A stretch of DNA of 64,000 nucleotides from Phoronis australis (lineage: Eukaryota; Animalia; Phoronida): assembly GCA_002633005.1 (NCBI GenBank), contig NMRA01000206.1, positions 393,250 through 457,249 on the forward strand, read 5' to 3'. Numbering within the stretch: position 1 is the first letter of the stretch; the number at the start of each line of letters is the position of its first letter. Position numbers and translations under genes: made by a program. The notes under the pieces are model-generated. The model ran no database searches, was not told where the DNA came from, and saw nothing but the letters and a program-made list of their open reading frames with translations. Positions 23,701 to 38,700 of this stretch are shown piece by piece.

Positions 23701-26700
23701 GTTCAAGCGAAAATGGAAAACATCTTCTGAAAGCCCATCCAAAACTCTATCGAAGAGATAGTTTCGCAACATTCCGTCAATTTTTCGAAAAAAAATGAAA
23801 TTTTGCATTTTTTGAAATTCTAGGTAAAATAACTCGAAAACGGTTAGTCTGATAAAAATTGTTACAGTTCATTTGAAAGAGTATACTGCAGAGAATCCAC
23901 ATGCAAAAATTCACGTCATTTTCTCTTCCTGTTTAAAATGGCACCCCAGCACGACTAAAAATGTGTCAGCATGCGCCAGATCTGTCATCTTGGAAACAAT
24001 TTCAGGTTTTTTAACATAGAATAATAGCTAGTTGTAAAAAACTAATACGTGAAAAATTTCAAAGAAATTGGTCCAATAATGCGCCCTCTACTGGAGAAAA
24101 CGTTTTTTGAACCAAATCGAAGTGTGCATGCGCAGCTGCTGATATTTCCGCCATCTTTGACCGGAAGTGAACAATTTCTTGCAGATTTGTAACACATGGA
24201 CAGTTCAATATTTCAATTGAGTTTCAGCCCTGTATGTCAAAAATTACGGCTTCTATGAGCAATTGAATCTGAAATTGGAAACAAAGTGGCCGCCATATCC
24301 ACCATCTTGGATCTGATTATGACGAAAAACAATAGGGTTCCTATACTCATAGATGTACAACTTGTGTGTAAATTTCGTGGTGATCGAACGAAAATTGCGA
24401 CCGATATTGCGCGAACAAACAAAAAAACTTAGCGACAGAGCAACATACTTGGCGAAATTTATTTCGCCAAGTAATAACTTCCCAAAACATTTCGACACAA
24501 TACTCTACCTGCATCAATCTCCACTGAAGGCATTGAAGGACAAGTGACATGGTTATACAACAAGTGTAACAAAAATTTACTGAGATCAAAATTGTCAAAT
24601 GCTTTTCAAGAATCAATGAACAAGTACATTTTCTGTCAATTGCTGGCCACAGCATGAATTTAAAAGAAAACAATTTAACTTTAAATGAAATTAACAACCA
24701 CTTTTACCGTTAAATTTTGTAGAAAACACAATATTTAATAAGGTCTTGGTATAACAAAACATCACGAGGCCACCAGTCTTTTTGCTTTGCTTACCATTAA
24801 GCCACTGCGAATTCAACTGCGGCGTTCGCAATGGGTCTAGCCTTCCCATTATCCTATAGATGGCGTAATCGCGAGCCTGGAAATCCAGAACTATACCACT
24901 GAAGAAGGTGCCATCATCTAACATCAGTGATGTGGTATTCACATTGGGACCAAATGGGCATTTGGCAAGGCCAGGCTCCTCGGCACCTCTCTGTCGCCTC
25001 AGTTCAGTTATCTGTGACAGAAACATACTGTAAATCAGTTCAAGAGTAGGGGCAAGATGTCAAGTGACTTACTGTAAATCAGTTCAAGTATAGAGGCACG
25101 ATGCCAAGTGACAAACCAGATTTGCTTACTTTGTAGGTATAAGTCAAAACAAGCTTTCTGTTACTGATAGCACAACAAATGCCACTTAAATGTTTTGTTG
25201 CGCAGAACAAGTTGTATTATTTTCCCCTACCAGTATTGTTATGGATATATTTAAAAAGCACACAAGCAACAAAATGGAAACAAATAACAACATGTGAAAA
25301 ATAGCAACAAAGTGACGGCCGAAAACAAAATTTGAAAACCGGTGCAATGGTGGCTCTGTCTTCCACTGTGACTGCAGGAACACATAAAATTTGTTCACAA
25401 CTCAGTGTGTATGCAATGAGTGAATCTATTGCAAGGACGCATAAACACATAACATTTGTTCACAACTCAGTACATGTATGTAATGTGTGAATCTATTGCA
25501 AGGATGCATAAACACATCCTAGCTTCTATGCAATTTCAGAAATACCACCAGAAAGAATAGAATAACAAAGCGGGAGAGTCAAAAATACCATATCATCGTC
25601 AAAGCTGAAATGTTTTCCTTGGTAACTTAATATCCATAGAGAGGCATGACTTCAAAACAATTCAGGTTGTAAAATATTTCCAAGATGGTGTATTATCAGG
25701 GAGCATCTGACACCAAGTTTTACAATCGAAGAATCGTATAACAATACACATCAATACGTACACTTCGCCATGAACATTTTGGATCATAAGCGTATGTTCC
25801 ACAGGCAAACAATTCTCCACCCTGAATGTGTAGCACTCGTATGAAGTTGTGACACTCCGATTCCGGCTTTCCTCTGGCAGCGCACAATGTTTTGGTCATC
25901 TCATCCGGTAACCAAGGCTCCACTTCGCGTTCAGCTAGATCCATCATGGTCAATTTCAACAGATGATCTCTACAAGGGAAATTGACCAAACTATGAATGG
26001 GGAAACAAACAAATTCGCCATCCAAGACAGAATAATGAAGAACTCGAAAATTGTTGAAGCGGTCCATTAAAACGTCAAGTATCACAAACTACGTCAATTC
26101 GTAAACTGCTTATCATACTAAATGCGTATTTTATTAAAAATTTTAAATTATTTTCTCAACAATAAAGAACATTTAGAAAATACTACAACAGTTCTTGACT
26201 TATCGGCCAGAAAAATAAATGCGAAAAAATATTTAAAAATTTTTTTTAAAGGCTAATTACTTTGCTACCAACAATAGAAACTGCACCAGATGTTGTTTCA
26301 TAAGAACTATATGTAGCACAAACCCAGCTAATAACGGACGAAAATACGTGAAGAATTACCTTAATTATTATTAATAATTATTACTACATCAGTTATATAT
26401 TACCACTAATCATTTAAATAATTTGAATTGTTCTCACGAAAAAATGCTAGGGTTAAAAAATTTCTTTTAACAGCATGGAGGTCAGATAATGAAAACTATT
26501 AAAAATATTTGGCAATTCTTTTTGTGCAAAATAACTTTAGAAACACTGTTACACATCAGCATCAAGAAAATGTGAACTGGCAAAATTGTTAAATGCAATG
26601 CGCCCATATAGCAAGTTTCCAGAATAACAACTAGGTGTGTTGGCAAAGAAATTTAATTTACCAACATGCAGCAAATGAACATTTTCAAATCAACGCCGCG

Positions 26701-29700
26701 CTACGTTGAATATTTGAAGTTAGCTCGCAGGCCTGTCCCTCATTTATTGTGAAAGTCCACATGGGAATATCTTAAATTCAAAACAGAACAATTAGCATAG
26801 AGAGGGTCATCACCGCAGGCTGAAGTCAGCGACCTTTTCAATCATTTTCAAAAAAAACCCGCCCTAACCAAATGGCCAGAGGCAATGGACTAATTGAATT
26901 ACCCAGAGTCAAACTGGCAATTCGGGATCAAGAGACAATGTGGCAGAGAGCAATCAATTGAATAAGTCAAGATGCTGCCTTTGGACAAACTACTTAAACT
27001 TAATCCATGTATGTGTGTGACAAGAAATAGAATCCATGAGGGGCAGGGTGAAGGTTGAATTTGCAAATAATGGATAGAAACACCTGCTAGGTCTGACAGG
27101 AATAACCACGGCAAAATCGTGAAAAAGAGAATGAATTAAATCAATAAAGTTATGTTCAAGTCGTATTTATAACATTGTTACTAATAACAATGATAGCAAG
27201 GCAACAGGAAGAGTGCCAACATATTTAAAGTATTGAGGAGGATGAGTTCAGAAAAAAGAAATAGCAGGTTCAAGGGTTGTGCAACAGTTGAAAACCAATT
27301 TCTTCAGAGCGCAGAAATAGATGTGCTGATGATCTTTGCTGTAGGAGAGACTGTTGCTAACTAGGCCCATTATCACCAAGGCAGAGGGCACTGTTCAACT
27401 GACAAAGCAATTTCAACTGTTCATAATCACACCAAAGTGTCAGCAACGTAATTCTATCATAGCCCAGAGTGCTCAGGACTGTGCAAACATGCCTGTACTT
27501 TTGCTGACCGCTAGAAGAGGTCAGTGTCCACCAGCAAGCCTGACCTACCTGGCTCCAACAATGACCAGCATTCTTTGTGTATCAAACACAAACTTTGAGA
27601 AGTCCACATAACCATTGCTGTATTCCACTACGCCATTTCGTCCATCAGGTACCAGGTCTACAAAGAACAATAATGACTATTAAGAAGAAATACACCATCC
27701 CGTCGTTTTAAAATGTTCAAAATTTTAGTATGAGAGCAACATCTACAGGGGATTACATTTTCGAAGTTACTACCAAAATATTATTGCAGACAAATTTCAA
27801 CGCCCTGGATGGAATTTGTGGTTGGGCTCATTATGTAACAAATCTTTAAAGTCCCAATGCTAAATCCCTAAGAACTGTTTGTTCTAAAATCCCTGCCATT
27901 TGAAAATTTCATAGAACCAAACTGCAGACAACTTGGTGTCTTAAATATAAAATAAACTTTAAGTGTTATTAATACCAATTAAAGACCACATTGCTATCAA
28001 GATGTATTTTTAACAAATGAATGTCCTGATTGTCCTCATTACTGGAGAAGTCCAAGAATAGTTCCTTATTAGACCTTCACCGCCAAAAACCCTTGAAACA
28101 AAAGACCTTTATTCCAAGCTTGAACTGGACACGAGACCCAAGAAAAAATACTCAAAGAAAACAGTGCATATGCTCCATTAATACAATGTGCACTGTGACT
28201 GACTAAGCTATTGTGTTGCCAAGGATACACTACCATGTCCATCTTAAGCCTGATGGTAATTCTTCAGTTATTTCGTACAAAAATAATCGCCAAATTGACA
28301 ATTTTCTAGTTCACAAAGGCTCATATGGCAATCTCACAGTAAACTATGGAAACTTAACCAAACGATGTTTAATAAAATCTTTACGTTACAATCATCAAGT
28401 TCATGAGAGATGAAAACATTCTTAAACTTATACGGTTGAGAAATTTTACAAATTGATAATTCACCTGTCTGTCATACTGTGTGCTAAATAAGAGAATTTT
28501 CATTCCAAAAATGCAAATCATGTAGTCGCTCCCAACAAATGGATGGACGGACACCTCAAACCTTGTCATACCACGATTGAAGATGATTTTCATCTCATAA
28601 CGATCATTACGACCATTGACAAGCAGAAAAAGGTGTCAAAAACTCATCAGTTGTGACAAAATTAGCCAACCATTATCAGTGCAGCCTCAGATGTCGCTTT
28701 TGTCTCTTTACTATGTTGACAAGCACTGTTGCTTGTAGGCATTTAGCACAGTTTAACAGATAGTCTATGGTATGCATAGAATCTGTTTTTAACATTATCA
28801 CCTATTTATAAAATAGAGTTCAGATTTTTTGCAGACTTTGATGAAATCAAAAAACAGTTTGCTTCATTAAGGCTTCAGACTTAACTATCAACAAACATTA
28901 TGTTTTTTTTTACAAAAAACAGGACAACAGGCAATGTTAGTTCTCAATAACTTTAAGTGCCCCACCAAAACCTTGACCCAGATGGCTTTAAAACTATTTT
29001 TTTGGCTCTAGCAAAACCAAATATTTAAGGACTGCTTGGGTTCAGTACACTTGAGTTAACATTTGCACTGTCTGGGAATTTCAAACAAAACTTTTAACTT
29101 AACCAGAATGTTTTCAGCTTCACCTTTGAAGGCCATTTGTACTCTGAAAATTCTCTTGACCCTGGCTGCATGGCTTGCAGCGATTTTGGCTGGCACAGAA
29201 TTTCACTCGCTCTATCAATGTGGCATTCTAGTCAAATGCATTGTTCTACCTGATTCTATTGCAGTCATTGACAACTTGCATGGTAAAATCTCATTAATTT
29301 CGGACAAACATAATTACCAAAATTGCCGGTTTTACATTTTTCAAAAACCTACCGGTAAAACTGATGTGAACGTCCACAATTTCTCAAAACATTGACTGAC
29401 AGCAGCTTTGTTATAGAATTTTGAAGTGGTGATGCACTTGACGAAACTTGAAGCTTTTAGGCAATAATAAGAAATAGAATTTCACCAATACACATGCCAT
29501 ACTGAGTCCTAAATCGTTGGGGTTTTACCACAGTCTCAATTGTCCATATGGGAATGCATATTTTCAAGACAAAAAATCTCTTATCATGAGAGTAAGGACT
29601 AAGTGAATACCAGCTTTACAACAGTAAGTGAACTTAGTCAAAAGTTAGTTTCACGGAACAATTTATCACAGGCAGCACAACAGTTCTGAAAAAGGCACTG

Positions 29701-32700
29701 TATTCAATCAATCAACATTCACCAGGAACAAATGTTGTGCAAGACACTGGCACACCCATGTATAACAAACCCAACCTAACAGTGGTGTTGCATTCAACAT
29801 CATTAATCACGGCCACCAGGGGTCTGTCTGGGCTGAGTTAAGTCTCCAGCCGGGCCTCAGTTGGAGGTGAGGTTGTCACAGCTGGATTGTGTTGCCCACA
29901 GCAAGTGGCAGAGGTGGTTTGTGTGGGATGTCAAGCCAGTCAACACAAGAGGACAAGAGAAAGTGGTTACAATATGGGGAAGCTTGGTGGCTTGAAACAA
30001 TAGAAGGCTTATGAACAGCTGTTGCTGCCCAAGATAATTGGGACTTGTCACAAATCCTTAGTCCAGGCAAAATTCCAGAGAAAAGGACGAAACCAGGAAA
30101 GAGGAAGAGAAAAAGGAAAATGAAACAATAACCTCTTGATACAATCCTAACAAGTTTACAACGAATAACTGACAAGAATAATATGTTAGTAACCAGTACA
30201 TGAGGTGTTGTCAAGTGCCTTTAAAGAACCCCCTCCCCCAACCCCTTAAATTCAAAGTGCCTTGAACACACATCTCAACAAGAGAAATAGATTGAAAAAC
30301 TAAGTAGGAATAAAAATTGAATTTAAATTATTGTTGTTTTATATGGGGCTAGCATATAGCCTAAAAGAAACAGTTATTTTTAACGTAGCTAAATGAATCA
30401 AAGACCAACCACTTGGGAGTGAAAAGTGGATTTAATACGCTGTAAACTTTAGCAAACACCCACAGTTTAAATGTCAGCAAAACGCAATTGAAAGTCATCC
30501 CAGTAGAAACGATACCACTGAAGACTGCAAGTTGATATCTGAAGCAATTACTGAAGAAACACAAAAAAATCTGATACGAAAACAATACAAATCTTGAACA
30601 CAGCACAACCCAAAACCACCATTCTACTGCATAATTACCAAGGAAAATAAACCTTTTGATAAGGGCCTGACAAAAGCCCTCAACAGAGCTGTCAAGAAAA
30701 AATGTTAATCTTAGTGTGACCACCAGTAACACCCCTGGTAATGGACCCAGTGAAACTCTATCAGGCTACCAGCAATAACAATGAACTCTCATGTTGCACC
30801 CATCATGGGTTCATTGCCAAAGGTGGTGAGATGCTTGAACACACATATCTTCAGTGTATGGTAATTGCTTAGAAAGAACAGATAAGTTTCTGAGACTAAA
30901 AGTACAATTATGTCTTGTCTATCAGTTGAAGTTGCCATCAACCTACTTCATCAAAGACACAACCTTTTGATTCAACCCACTTACAATATAATAGTAAGCA
31001 CTTGCAAAATTTGCATTCATTCGAAATTAATTTCACTATAAGAATAACAAATGTCATCACCTGTGTGACAAGAATGGCAAAATATGTAATAACAAATGCA
31101 TAACACACCATACAACAACATACTGTAAACAACAAACAACAGCCACCAAGTGCCCTCTCCCAGTACAACAACAACTCCTAGACTAAACATGTGGCTTTAA
31201 GATTTGGTTCTAAATAAGAAAAACTCCAGACTCCTCTGTAATCACTCAGTTGACACAGAATAAGTCTTTACAAAAGTGAAAATCAGTCTGTAGAGAAACA
31301 GTAGAAAGCAGACCTCTGTTGTTATTTTGTCTTCAAAGTCTATTGTCATCATAGAGTGCCTTGGGGAAGATTAGTCGAGACGGGCACCGCAAAAATTAAC
31401 AAGCCTCAAGAAACCAATCATTAAGTTTAAGCTAGAGGTTACTCAAAAGAAACAGAAGAACTTTTAAATCTTTTTACTTTTTAATTAGTTTTCGCAATAG
31501 ATTAACATAGGCTCAAGACCTTATACTTAATAATTTCATGCAAAAGTGAAACTATATTAGACATTAATTAAATGCCTATTTGCCAAAGTTATTAGGCTAC
31601 TTGGTCTGGGGTTACAGGTTACAATAACACCATTGTGGATGTTAACTGCACCAGGTAAACCAAGGTAAACCAAGGTAAACAGCCTGCAGAGACAGGTGCA
31701 GAGGTATTGAGGTCACCTCAACCACTCTTCTCAGAAAGTGCTACCAGGGATGTTGAGGAAGAAAGCCCACGAGGTGTTCAAAGGGTACAACAGTTAAAAT
31801 AGATAACACGACAAATGAGACATTAACATGAGAACAATTATCATTGTTAAACAACGTTAGGAACTAAGAAGCATGTAACAAACTCTAGAAACGGAAAACT
31901 AATCCAGTGAATGAAGTTGGTACAGTAAAACCTCGCACATTTCAGACAAATATTAGCACCAAAGTAATCTCTTGAATTTATCAAGGGCTGCTAACATTTT
32001 TGAGAATGCTCACAATTATTCATAACATAGTGCGATGGCTCATAGCTATCACTACAGAACTTGAAAATGGCATTAAAAAGGCACTGTTGATCTTTTAGAA
32101 TAAAAATGGAAAAAAGTTCCACATGTGGAATCCTGAACTAGAAAGATTTTTCAAAATGGTGATCAACGGTCACTATGGTACAGAACTTGGACATTATATA
32201 AAACATTAATTTAATTGCATAATACACCTGAGGTATTCTCACAAGATCTCTGTTATCGATCAACAGATTCTTCATGAAAGAAGTTTTAAAATCTACTTAA
32301 ACATTAATTTGATGATACATATCTTTAGAGATAAATTTAAAAATTAAAAATTCCCTTGCCACTCCCACTATTGTGTATAGGGTAAATTCACCGTATATTC
32401 ACACAATATTGTTTACAACCAGCTACCAAAACAAGTTTATTAAAACCAGTAAAGTCATCCCTCACCAAGTAGTCCATTGGTTTGACATTTAACCCATGAT
32501 AATAAATTACCTATGATGGGTCTGACAAAGCATAAAAAGTTGGTGGATTTGGAGGATAATGGCTGTCTAGAACAGCTGACCACAAATGGTTAGTGAATAG
32601 AGGGAGTTCACAACCACAATACAAGAAGCCACCAATGAAATTCTTTGAGATAAAACATAAAGTTAAAACTATGTGCTGGGTCATCGCTCATGAAAACTCA

Positions 32701-35700
32701 ATAACATTGATCAGTGCCTTATTGGGACACTAAAGTGACCACAGACTAATATCATACCAGCAAAATCTCACTAATTTAGGACACAATATGGACCACAAGA
32801 GAAATTTTATTTTCTCAGTTTTGCTTGAACGATACATAGCAGCACTAAATCAATACTTCTCCATGTTCAAATTCTGTCCAATAAACACAACCAGACAGTG
32901 TTTTGAAAATCATGGGCATTCACAAGATGGTTAGAAGCCGTTAAAAATTCAGTATTAATTACCTTTGTCGGAAATTATACATTTAAGTTTGTGATATAAA
33001 ACTGTGCCTGAGCTGAGCACCAGCCTTGATAAAACTTTCAGAAAAAATCTCCCTCAAACTACTTTGAAAATCATTTATATTTTTTATTCCTGGTTTACAA
33101 ATCAAACAAATTAAGCACAAATTTCCACATTAAATTCCACTGCAAAAGGAGAACAGTGGCCACTTGAGAACATGAGTGTTTAGTGACCCATAGTCTAAAG
33201 TTATGACTTATGAGAAGATTTGTTGTCTTCAGCCATGACAATAAACAAACTAAAGGAAATACAAGCAAGGAACAACCAACCTTCTACATGTACTATTGTA
33301 AAATTTCATCAAAATAATTAATAAAATAGCCCTTTTCTCATTTTTCAGTGGTTTCTAACATGAATACCCAGAATTTTTCAAAACCTTGATGGTAGCAAAT
33401 GTGCAGAGCTTGCACATGGGAGAGTATGCATTCTCAATTGGTGATACATATCTTTCATGGGAAAACGAGAAAACAAAATTTCGCTTGTCGGCCATATTGT
33501 GTCCTAAATCTGTGATAATTTACCGTCCCTGAACAGAATTACCCATTGATTAATTAAACTGCAAACACTGTGCCCAAGGATAATGGACTCTTTTTTTAAC
33601 GGAAACAGTCAATTTTCATATCTGAGCTCCCAGTCCAGAACAGGTGGAACCGAAATACAAAACTATTTTTTTCAGATCCATCAACCCAGGGCAATGTTTA
33701 ACACGGTTTCCCAATTTTATCCAAAAACACTGCAAAAGAAACGCAACACTATAACTACCCCCTGTGCTGCGGAGATTACATGAGCCTTCGCATTTCATCG
33801 CCATTTTTCTCATCAAGGACTCACTGAAGGTGCACGCAAGGAGAAATTTTGTCAAAAACTGGCATGTGGTCATCATAAGGGATTGATAAAAATGTGGTCT
33901 GACATTTGGCTATCATATTCCTCCATAAAGGGGATGTTGTAAGCAGATAAACGGCTTATTGTTCAGGATTTTTATCTAGCAAAAAATGGCTGGGAACAAA
34001 ATGATAAGATGGAGATCCTAAGCCGTGGCGAGATAAGTGTTAGGTGAACATCACAAGCTGCGCCACGACTTAAGGACGCTTCAACAAGATGTTCAGTGTA
34101 GAAGGGTTTCATAAAATTGCAATAAGACATATTGTAGTCCATGCAGAAAAACATGATACTCAATATAGAACTAGACCTACAAATAAAGTGTTCTCAATAT
34201 TACGACTATTGGTATCAACATTATCATTATCATTATCATTAAACAGTATATGACAAAGGTAAACAGGTAAAATACTGATTGAAGTCAAGACGGCTAACTT
34301 TGCCTACAGCAAAAATGGATGGAAATAACAATTTTGGCAGCAAACATCTAGTCACTGAATGACCAAGCCACCTCACTAACTTTCCCATAATTCCCCTTCA
34401 TTCTCGGTCTTGAAGGAAGGCTATTCCAGTGATGAACGCGACTTCTCCTAGTGGTCATGATGGTAACTAAAGATCGTTTTGTCTGAATACTTTTGACAGG
34501 CGCTGTATATTAATAAAATGAATGCATATCATCACATTAAAACTATTAACGAGCAGTGTTAACCAGTACCTTACAAGGCATTGGCCAAGCAGTACTCATA
34601 ATTCTGAGTTACACTTAATGAGACTTGTGTACTATTAGTAATAAGCTGATTATGCACATGGGTATGCAAGACATTAGTAAACAAACACAGGGTGGCAGTA
34701 ATCCGACATAACACTGCCTACATCTCCCACTGCTAACTGCTAGGGTGATGACCAGGATGGCAGAGATATGTATTGCCACACCACAAACAAATGCAGTAAT
34801 TATGTACTTATGAGGATCACTCAGCACGCCTTCTTACATTTGTGTAAGGCTAAACATCACCCACAGCCAGAGTGACACATTACACATCAAATATTTTCCA
34901 GTAATTACTTGGAAAGGGATTCCGATGAGGTCATACAGATAAAGCTTAGTTTGAGGCGAAGATAAAATTACACAGCAAAATCTCAAAAACTTTTCATAAG
35001 ATGATTGTCAAAATATATATATTTTAGTCATTCTCCAAAGGCTTCAAACATAGTGGTTGTGAGTGCCTAAAATTTCTCGAAACATTATCTGTTAAGATGG
35101 TACTGCTCTTTGAGACGCTGAAGCAAATATATGGTGTTACGTTATTTTACTGTAAAAAAATAAATTTCACTTGTCAGCCACTTTACCAAAGTAAAATTGT
35201 GCTCACGTCACATAAACCAGGGTTCCTTCACTTTATCCAACGGCCCTACTCCCGGTAGCTCTGAGACTGTTCACAATTATCACGAGCGTACAAACCATTG
35301 TATTGGGGCTATTAGGGGGTGAGTCCTACTGCGGTGTAAGTCAGATATAGTGAGCCTGCATTTTAATAACCAGTTTTCTCTACTGAATAACGGGCATCAA
35401 ATTGACTCTTAAAATGTTAGCATTCTATATATAACCGGCGACTACTGCCCTGGCTTCTACTGCAGAGCGTTTGACAACATACAATGACAATGTTAAAATA
35501 ACATATTAAGTCAATGTTTAATAATTAGTTTTTCACATTGAAACACATGATGAAACAAACAGTAACAATACTGTCGCCAAGATCCAACAAACAAAATACA
35601 CAAACAATTGTTTCAAAATAACGCTTTATTTTTATACCATACCACTAAACAAACCAACACAGGTACATATTTAACTTTGAAGCACACCTGCCCACAAATG

Positions 35701-38700
35701 TTAAACAAATACATAAACACAGACCTTATAAAAATATCACCAATTTTGGATGCTTCTGGGGGGGGATGACTGTGCCGTGTACCATTGTATGTTCAAAGAA
35801 TGGCGAAAATTCTGAATGGTATAATCCCAGATTTTTACGACATATAGTTTCAGAAGTACATGTGAAGGTAGTTGCTATCTTAGCATAGACTGGACAACAC
35901 ATTTGATAAATTAGGCATTCGTAATTCTAACAGCTATCATATGCGTAAACAAAAAATACAAATTATTTGTGATGTTCAAAAACACTTCTGAACAATTTAC
36001 ATGGTCACTTTTGGCATCGTTCCTTTATCACATTCCATGAACATTCAATGTGCAGGACGCTCTCCAAAAAGAGAACTTTTATTTAAATGACACAGGAATG
36101 CCAGCATTAAAATAAAAAAAATCCAAATTATGCTGAAAATGGCATCAGAAAGATTCATTTGAAAAGGTCAATAATAGATTTCCAGGGTAATAATGGTCAG
36201 ATATTACAAGCTTGCATTTTGTAAACCAGTTTTTTCCACTGAATAACAACTAACAAGCATCAAACTGGTTCTCAAAGTGTGGGCACGTTACATCCCGACT
36301 GTTCCCAGTATTTTGAACGCAGCTGATGGTGGCAAACCTGGGATATCAATTATGGTAGGACAAGGAGAGGGCTGCTATTTCCCAGGTATAACAGTCTAGG
36401 ACACATCACAACTGGGACAGGGTAATTACTTGAGGATAAAGAGACTCCGCATTAATGAGGACAATTAGGAAATAAGGTAATTTCCCAGTGACAATTGACA
36501 GAGTTCAGTTGATCTGCCACTGGAAACTTGAGAAGGGGTGTGCAACAGAGAAAAGTGGGCCATTAGCCCTGAATGCAGTCAGAGGAGAAGACCAAATTTG
36601 GCATCAAATCTCCTAAGATGTTGTAATGAGTCTAGACTAAAGCATTACAAGACCACAAACATGTTCAAGTCAAACAGTATGTGCACATAATTGTTCTTAT
36701 CTGAACTAAAGATATATGAAGGCAGGTTTATTCCCTTGAAATACAATTGAATATTTCACTGCAAGCATTTGAAACCATATTTAGTTAATTACCGTCTTTA
36801 CCGTAAAGGTGAATATGTCCAAAATACAGCTTGGATGCGTTTGAAACCAGTTTTATCCGTTTAACATGGCTTTAAGTTGAGTAGAATTTTGGCTTGGATA
36901 CATCTGAGATTGGTGGAGATCTAAAAAGTTGCGGGTTGGTTTTCAATTCTTAATCTATTACAAACACTAGAACANNNNNNNNNNNNNNNNNNNNNNNNNN
37001 NNNNNNNNNNNNNNNNNNNNNNNNNNNNNNNNNNNNNNNNNNNNNNNNNNNNNNNNNNNNNNNNNNNNNNNNNNNNNNNNNNNNNNNNNNNNNNNNNNNN
37101 NNNNNNNNNNNNNNNNNNNNNNNNNNNNNNNNNNNNNNNNNNTACACATGGGTATGCAAGACATTAGTAAACAAACACAGGGTGGCAGTAATCCAACATT
37201 AACGCTGCCTACATCTCCCACTGTTAACTGCTAGGGTGATGAGGAGGATGGCAGAGATATGTATTGCCACACCACAAACAAATGCAGTAATTATGTACTT
37301 ATGAGGATCACTCAGCACGCCTTCTTACATTTGTGTAAGGCTAAACATCACCCCCAGCCAGAGTGACACATTACACATCAAATATTTTCCAGTGATTACT
37401 TGGAAAGGGATTTCGATGAGGTCATACAGATAAAGCTTAGTTTGAGGCGAAGATAAAATTACACAGCAAAATCTCAAAAACTTTTCATAAAATGATTGTT
37501 AAAATATATATATTTTTGTCATTCTCTAAAGGCTTCAAACATAGTGGTTGTGAGTGCCTAAAATTTCTCGAAACATTATCTGTTAAGATGGTACCGCTCT
37601 CTGAGACGCTGAGGCAATTATTTGGTGCTACGTTATTTTACTGTAAAAAAATAAATTTCACTTGTTAGCCACTTTACCAAAGTAAAATTGTGCTCACATC
37701 ATGTAATATAAACCAGGGTTCCTTCACTTTATCCAACGGCCCTACTCCCGGTAGCTCCGAGACTGTTCACAATTATCACGAGCGTGCAAACCATTGCATT
37801 GGGGCTGTTTGGGGGTGAGTCCTACTGCGGTGTAAGTGAGACACAGTGAGCCTGCATTTTAATAACCAGTTTTCTCTACTGAATAACGGGCATCAAATTG
37901 ACTCTTAAAATGTTAGTATTCTATATATATCCGGCGACTACTGACCTGGCTGCTACTGCAAGCGTTTGACAACATACAATGACAATGTTAAAATAACATA
38001 TTAAGTCAATGTTTAATAATTAGTTTCTAACATTGAAAAGACATGATGAAACAAACAGTAACAATACTGTCGCCAAAGTCCAACAAACAAAATACACAAA
38101 CAATTGTTTCAAAATAACGCTTTATTTTTACACCATACCACTAAACAAACCAACACAGGTACATATTTAACTTTGAAGCACACCTGCCCACAAACGTTAA
38201 ACAAATACATAAACACAGACCTTATAAAAATATCACCAATTTTGGATGCTTCTGGGGGGATGACTGCCGTGTACAGTTGTATGTTCAAAGAATGGCGAAA
38301 ATTCTGAATGGTCTAATCCCAGATTTTTACGACACATAGTTTCAGAAGTACATAATATGAAGGTAGTTGCTATCTTAGCATAGACTGGACAACACATTTG
38401 ATAAATTAGACATCCGTAATTCTAACAGCTATTATGTGCGTAAACAAAAAATGCAAATTATTTGTGATGTTCAAAAACACTTCTGAACAATGTACATGGT
38501 CACTTTTGACATCGTTCCTTTATCACATTATATGGACATTCAATGTGCAGGACGCTCTCCAAAAAGAGAATTTTTATTTAAATGACACAGGAATGCCAGC
38601 ATTAAAATAAAAAATCCAAATTATGCTGAAAATGGCATCAGAAAGATTCATTTGAAAAGGTCAATAATAGATTTCTAGGGTAATAATGGTCAGATATTAC

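Noticed and set aside
36950-37221. ORFs containing X runs
   Set aside because: Artefacts of the N gap
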